Assembly: GCA_004431415.1 (NCBI GenBank)
Contig: QPMI01000395.1
Location: forward strand, 434,001-498,000
DNA from: Cyanophora paradoxa CCMP329
Lineage: Eukaryota > Plantae > Glaucophyta
Reading direction: 5' to 3'
Length of the DNA: 64,000 bases
The first letter of the stretch is position 1. Each line of letters opens with the position of its first letter. This document shows positions 60,020-64,000 of the stretch, piece by piece. The notes under the pieces were generated by a model. The model did no database searches and was not told the DNA's origin. It worked only from the letters and a program-made list of their open reading frames with translations. The position numbers and the translations under genes were made by a program.

Positions 60020-63000
60020 TTATAATTCGAGGAACTTGAGCTTCACCTGGACTTCCTCGCCGCAGACCTCTTCGAACATCTCCTGCATCCGCTCCAAGGC
60101 GGGCTTCGACGATTTCGGGAGCTCCTCGATGATCGCTTCCACCTGGGCGACGCTTCTGATTAAACGCTAGCACTCGCGTGCACATGCTTATATAATTACT
60201 AGCGCGCGCACGCGATATATTATATATATACATATATATGTATTGTCTATAGCTATCATGCTTGAAATGTTTTTAATTAATCCATCACAAGTTCGTGCTC
60301 GTAATCACCCTGTGCACTTCGGGGCTGTGTAGGCCAAGTTCTGCCTTGAATACCTCCAGCACAATCTGATTGTATGCGTGCATATGCATGAGCGCTCTTT
60401 CAGCCTTCAAATAAATAAATAGTGCTCGAGGAATGTCCTTCCGCGCTTCGAATTCACTCTACATTTTGTATTGCGAACGCACCATGAGAATCTTTCGTGC
60501 GTGCTCGTAGTCGGCTTGGATGCGATGCACCTCGGCGATCTCGAGGTACGTGCGCGCCGTCTCGACGTGCAGCTCTCCGTACAACGCCCGCTGGATTCGG
60601 AGCGCTTCCTGCGGAGAAATTCCGTTTATTAGACGCCCTAGGGTGGTAGCTAAGGAGGAGTGCAATTTGTATAGAAGCGCGGGGGAGAAATTCCACAATT
60701 TAGAGGCCGGTAGCTAAGGAACAGTGCCGCAGTGCAACGTATGTAGAAGCGGACCTCGAAATGGTCCATAGCGTATTTGAAGTGGGGCAGTTTTCCTTTC
60801 TCTTGTGCGAAACTCTTGCCGTAGTTTCGGTGGACGAGGGCCACTTCGTAGTGGTGGGGGCCGAACAGTCGCTTCGCAATTTTGAGCGTTTCCTGCGGAC
60901 CGATCGCGAATGTTCGATTCAGTGTCAGTTTCATGACCAGTGTCGGTTTCGCGGCTAGCTTCAGTAGGAATTGAAAGTTTTATATATTGCACCTCATACT
61001 TGTCCTTAGACTTCTCCGTCTCGCCCAGCGTTTCGTACACGAAGGCGAGGTCGCCATTTATGGCCGCGAACACCTTATCTTCCACCTTGATCACTTTCTT
61101 GTGCTGCTCGAGCGCATTCTGCTCGAGCGTATGCGTTAGCGATAGATTAAATTTAGCGTGTAGGCGGTTTTGCGTTTCATTTTGGAGTCCGTGGGTGAAT
61201 CCGAAAGCACCTCGAGTGTGGATTTCGCGTCATTGAAGAAGCCGAGATCGACTTGCGAGAGTGCCACGCGGCGCATCGCCTCCGGAACGCTGGAGTCCGT
61301 GGGACCAAGATGCGTTCGCCGAGCTTCTACGTTCTCCTGCGATTGAAAAGCACAGTTCAATGAAAATATCGCGATCAAAATGGTAGACACCGAACAGAGC
61401 TGGCTCAATTTCGAATTCTTTGCACCTTACGAAGTTTCAGGCGAGTGTGCTTGTTAATGTGTACCTGTTTGAAAAGGTCATCGGGAAACGCACCCGGAAG
61501 AGATATCGATTTCAACATTTATTTATACATGTACAGTCGCACCCGAGCGAGTCGCTCTTTGGCCTCGGTAAATTCAATGACGAGCCTTTTGCGTTCCGAC
61601 GGGTCCCGCTCGTATTCGGTCGACTTGTTAAAGGCTTCGATATCGCGGTGGCGTGCGAGAACCTCCTCCTGCATGCGCAATTCCAAGTTAACGTTGCGGC
61701 TGCAGAATCTAAGAGGTTTTCTTTATCGAGGCACGCGCACCACGGCAATTCGGCGGCTCGAGTTGGGATAGTTCATGTGGATAAGGATGTTGTACGCAGA
61801 CGCCATGTGGTCAGCGGTTACATCGGGACCGGCCGCGGGGCCGACGAGGGCGAGCTTGTACTGCTTCGCCATCTGCACATGCCGGGGGTGCATTGGCCGC
61901 CGAATCGCGATCGCACACGTGCGCGTGCGCCGTGCGATGAATTGTCGGCGACATGTACCTCTGGCGACATGCGTCCGGTGCAAGTCCACAGCGCGATGAC
62001 CTCGTATTCGTCCAGGACCGAGAATACCGCTTCAAACAACACCCAAGCTTCAGAATGTATTTTAGATTCGCCCTTAACGGGCGCCGCGCACTGGGATCAA
62101 GAAGGAGCTCGACGAGCTTGTCGGCCGCCCGCTTTTCCAGCGTGGACTCCAGCTCGTGCAGGGACTCAGCGACGCCCCATGCCGCTTCCGCGTCTTCTGT
62201 CGCGAGCTCCATTTGCTCCCGGAGCTTCTCGAGTTTCGGCTTGTCCAGGCCGGCGCCGGCCCTTGCGTACGCCCACGTCGCCTCCTCCGCGCGGCGCTCC
62301 GGACTGCATTCGGTTCTCTTCGACTTGAAGAAGTCTCCCAGAAGCTCGTGCATTGCCTTGCGCTTCGGGGTCGGCTTCTCCTGCGACCCGAGGTCCCACA
62401 GCTCCTCCACCGCCTCTCGCGACGCCAAGTGGAAGAAGCCGAACAGCTCGCCTGCAGCATTATGTAAGGAATTAAAGAGAAAACTGAACATCATCATTGC
62501 GGCGCGGGTGCCAAGCTTAAGAGCCATCATTCGCAAACACTGCGCATATGCATGCATGCCTTTCTCGATGAGAATGCGTTTCAGATCGGCCCACATGACA
62601 GAGAACGCCATCTGCGAAATTGCAATCTCCAATGAGAAATAGTAAATATTAATGCCACCTTGAGATTAAGACTTGATCGTGGAATATTAATAATGCCTGC
62701 ACGCGCGCACGGAAGACGGTCCAGACCCGCCCGGCTCTCCAACGTGCAGAAACCCCATGAGCTCCGACTCGGCCTAATTATCATCGATATCAAGATCAGT
62801 ACTAGTGGTCCGTATCCAGGCCTAGGGTAACGTTTAAGCGCTGCATCGCGGTTCGAATTCGAACCTCACTCAAAAAAACGACGCACGATTCCTCGGCGGG
62901 ACAGTGCGATGCACGAGGTCGAGTACTCGACCAGCGCGTCCCCGTGGCGGTTTGCAAGGCGGCGCAGGATGTGTACAAAGAGCTGTTTCGAGTCTCGACA

Positions 63001-64000
63001 GCCGAGGTACGTCTTGACGTCTGCCTCCAGACGGGCGTGAATGGAAATCATGGACAGTTCCTCCATCATCGTCTGCAGGAAAAGCTGCGCATACCCCCGC
63101 AATCAAAGAACGATATCGATCATTGCAAAAATGCGCATAATTTATAAGCAGCATCGTCCTGTTGCAGCTGGGGCTATATATATATATATATATATACCAG
63201 TTGCGCACCGGATTCTTGCAAGCGGGCGCGGCCGCTATCTTTTTGCGGAGGTCGCTTGGCAGATCAGGCTTCTCCAGCTGCTGCTTGATGATTCCGTCGA
63301 GTATGAGCTCTGTCTGGGATGGCTGGCCTTTCGGCATCTCCAGCATCTGCACCTGCACCTTGATGTTCGCCTTCTCGAGCGCTGCGCTCAGGGCTGCGCT
63401 TGGTAGGCCAGAGACGATGACTCGCAGCTTCTTGCTGGCTTGCGGAAGCCAGGAGAGGTTGAGCGCAGACGGACCGCCCTGCAGCTGGTCGATTCCATCT
63501 ATGACCAGAACAGTGCGTCCGGGCCGGTCGTCGTCTTTCGCGATGTCCTCGAGGAACAGTCGGAGCATCACGGCCACGGCGACCTCGTCCGATGAAGGCG
63601 TTTCGCTGGTGTACGCCATCCCCTTCTTCCCCGCGTCCGGCCACATGGCGACAATCTCCTCGCTGATGTGCTGGTAAATGTTTCGAAGAAATGCGCTCCC
63701 ATCTGAGCTCCCGATGAAGTGCGCGATGACGAGCTCTTCGCGATCGGCTGGAGCATTCTTCGCCCTATCTTCAACCCAATTCGCGAGAAGCGCTGAGTGA
63801 AAAATAATTACGTCAGCTGGATACCGGGCTCCAACCGCAGATCTAGAGCCAGATGCACCGCTCTTTCCGCATCCATTGTCGCCGGTCACGACCAGAATTT
63901 CGGACTGCGCAGAGCCTTCCGCCTCCGCCCCGCCCGCCGCATACGAATTGAGAAGATCGAATTGGACTTCGTCTTTGACGAAGACGCGCTGGAGGCGATA
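60020..64000 (-). CDS. NACHT/STAND P-loop NTPase with C-terminal TPR repeats (NPHP3-like architecture), 5'-truncated
   Basis: Walker A VVTGDNGCGKSALLANW (split by an intron), HFIGSS, Walker B VLVIDGIDQL, WLP, RVIVS and NP motif. KLC-type TPR exons: ETLKIAKRLFGPHHYEVA, EALRIQRALYGELHVETARTY, VFKAELGLHSPEV. Stop TAA at 60020-60022. Confidence 0.88.
63175..63197. repeat. (TA)n microsatellite in an intron of the NACHT-TPR gene
   Basis: About 11 TA units seen directly. Confidence 0.9.

Overview
This is eukaryotic, very GC-rich, intron-dense DNA (50-110 bp introns, donor consensus close to GTGCGC, many GC-AG introns). It reads like a protist or alga; the species cannot be fixed from sequence alone, and the ORF track must be read through the introns. 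The left 27.5 kb is one minus-strand gene for a giant (>8,000 aa in the window) extracellular Ig/BACON-like glycoprotein that runs off the left edge. Its core is seven near-identical 2,519-bp units, each with 3 introns and splicing to exactly 775 codons. The units fall into two subtypes that differ mainly in one domain. A compact cluster follows: an EF-hand protein with a long disordered tail, YIPF4, DUS4-like, a RING/TRAF zinc-finger protein and an unknown basic protein. The right third has AT-richer introns. It holds a gene with four tandem copies of an unrecognised ~150-aa domain plus a 22-aa repeat array, a 46-bp perfect palindrome, two TIR-bounded MITE-like elements, two hypothetical genes and the 3' part of a NACHT-TPR gene. 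Several 1-bp deletions in homopolymers look like assembly errors. No tRNA, rRNA, CRISPR array or transposase was seen. Exon boundaries were inferred by eye.
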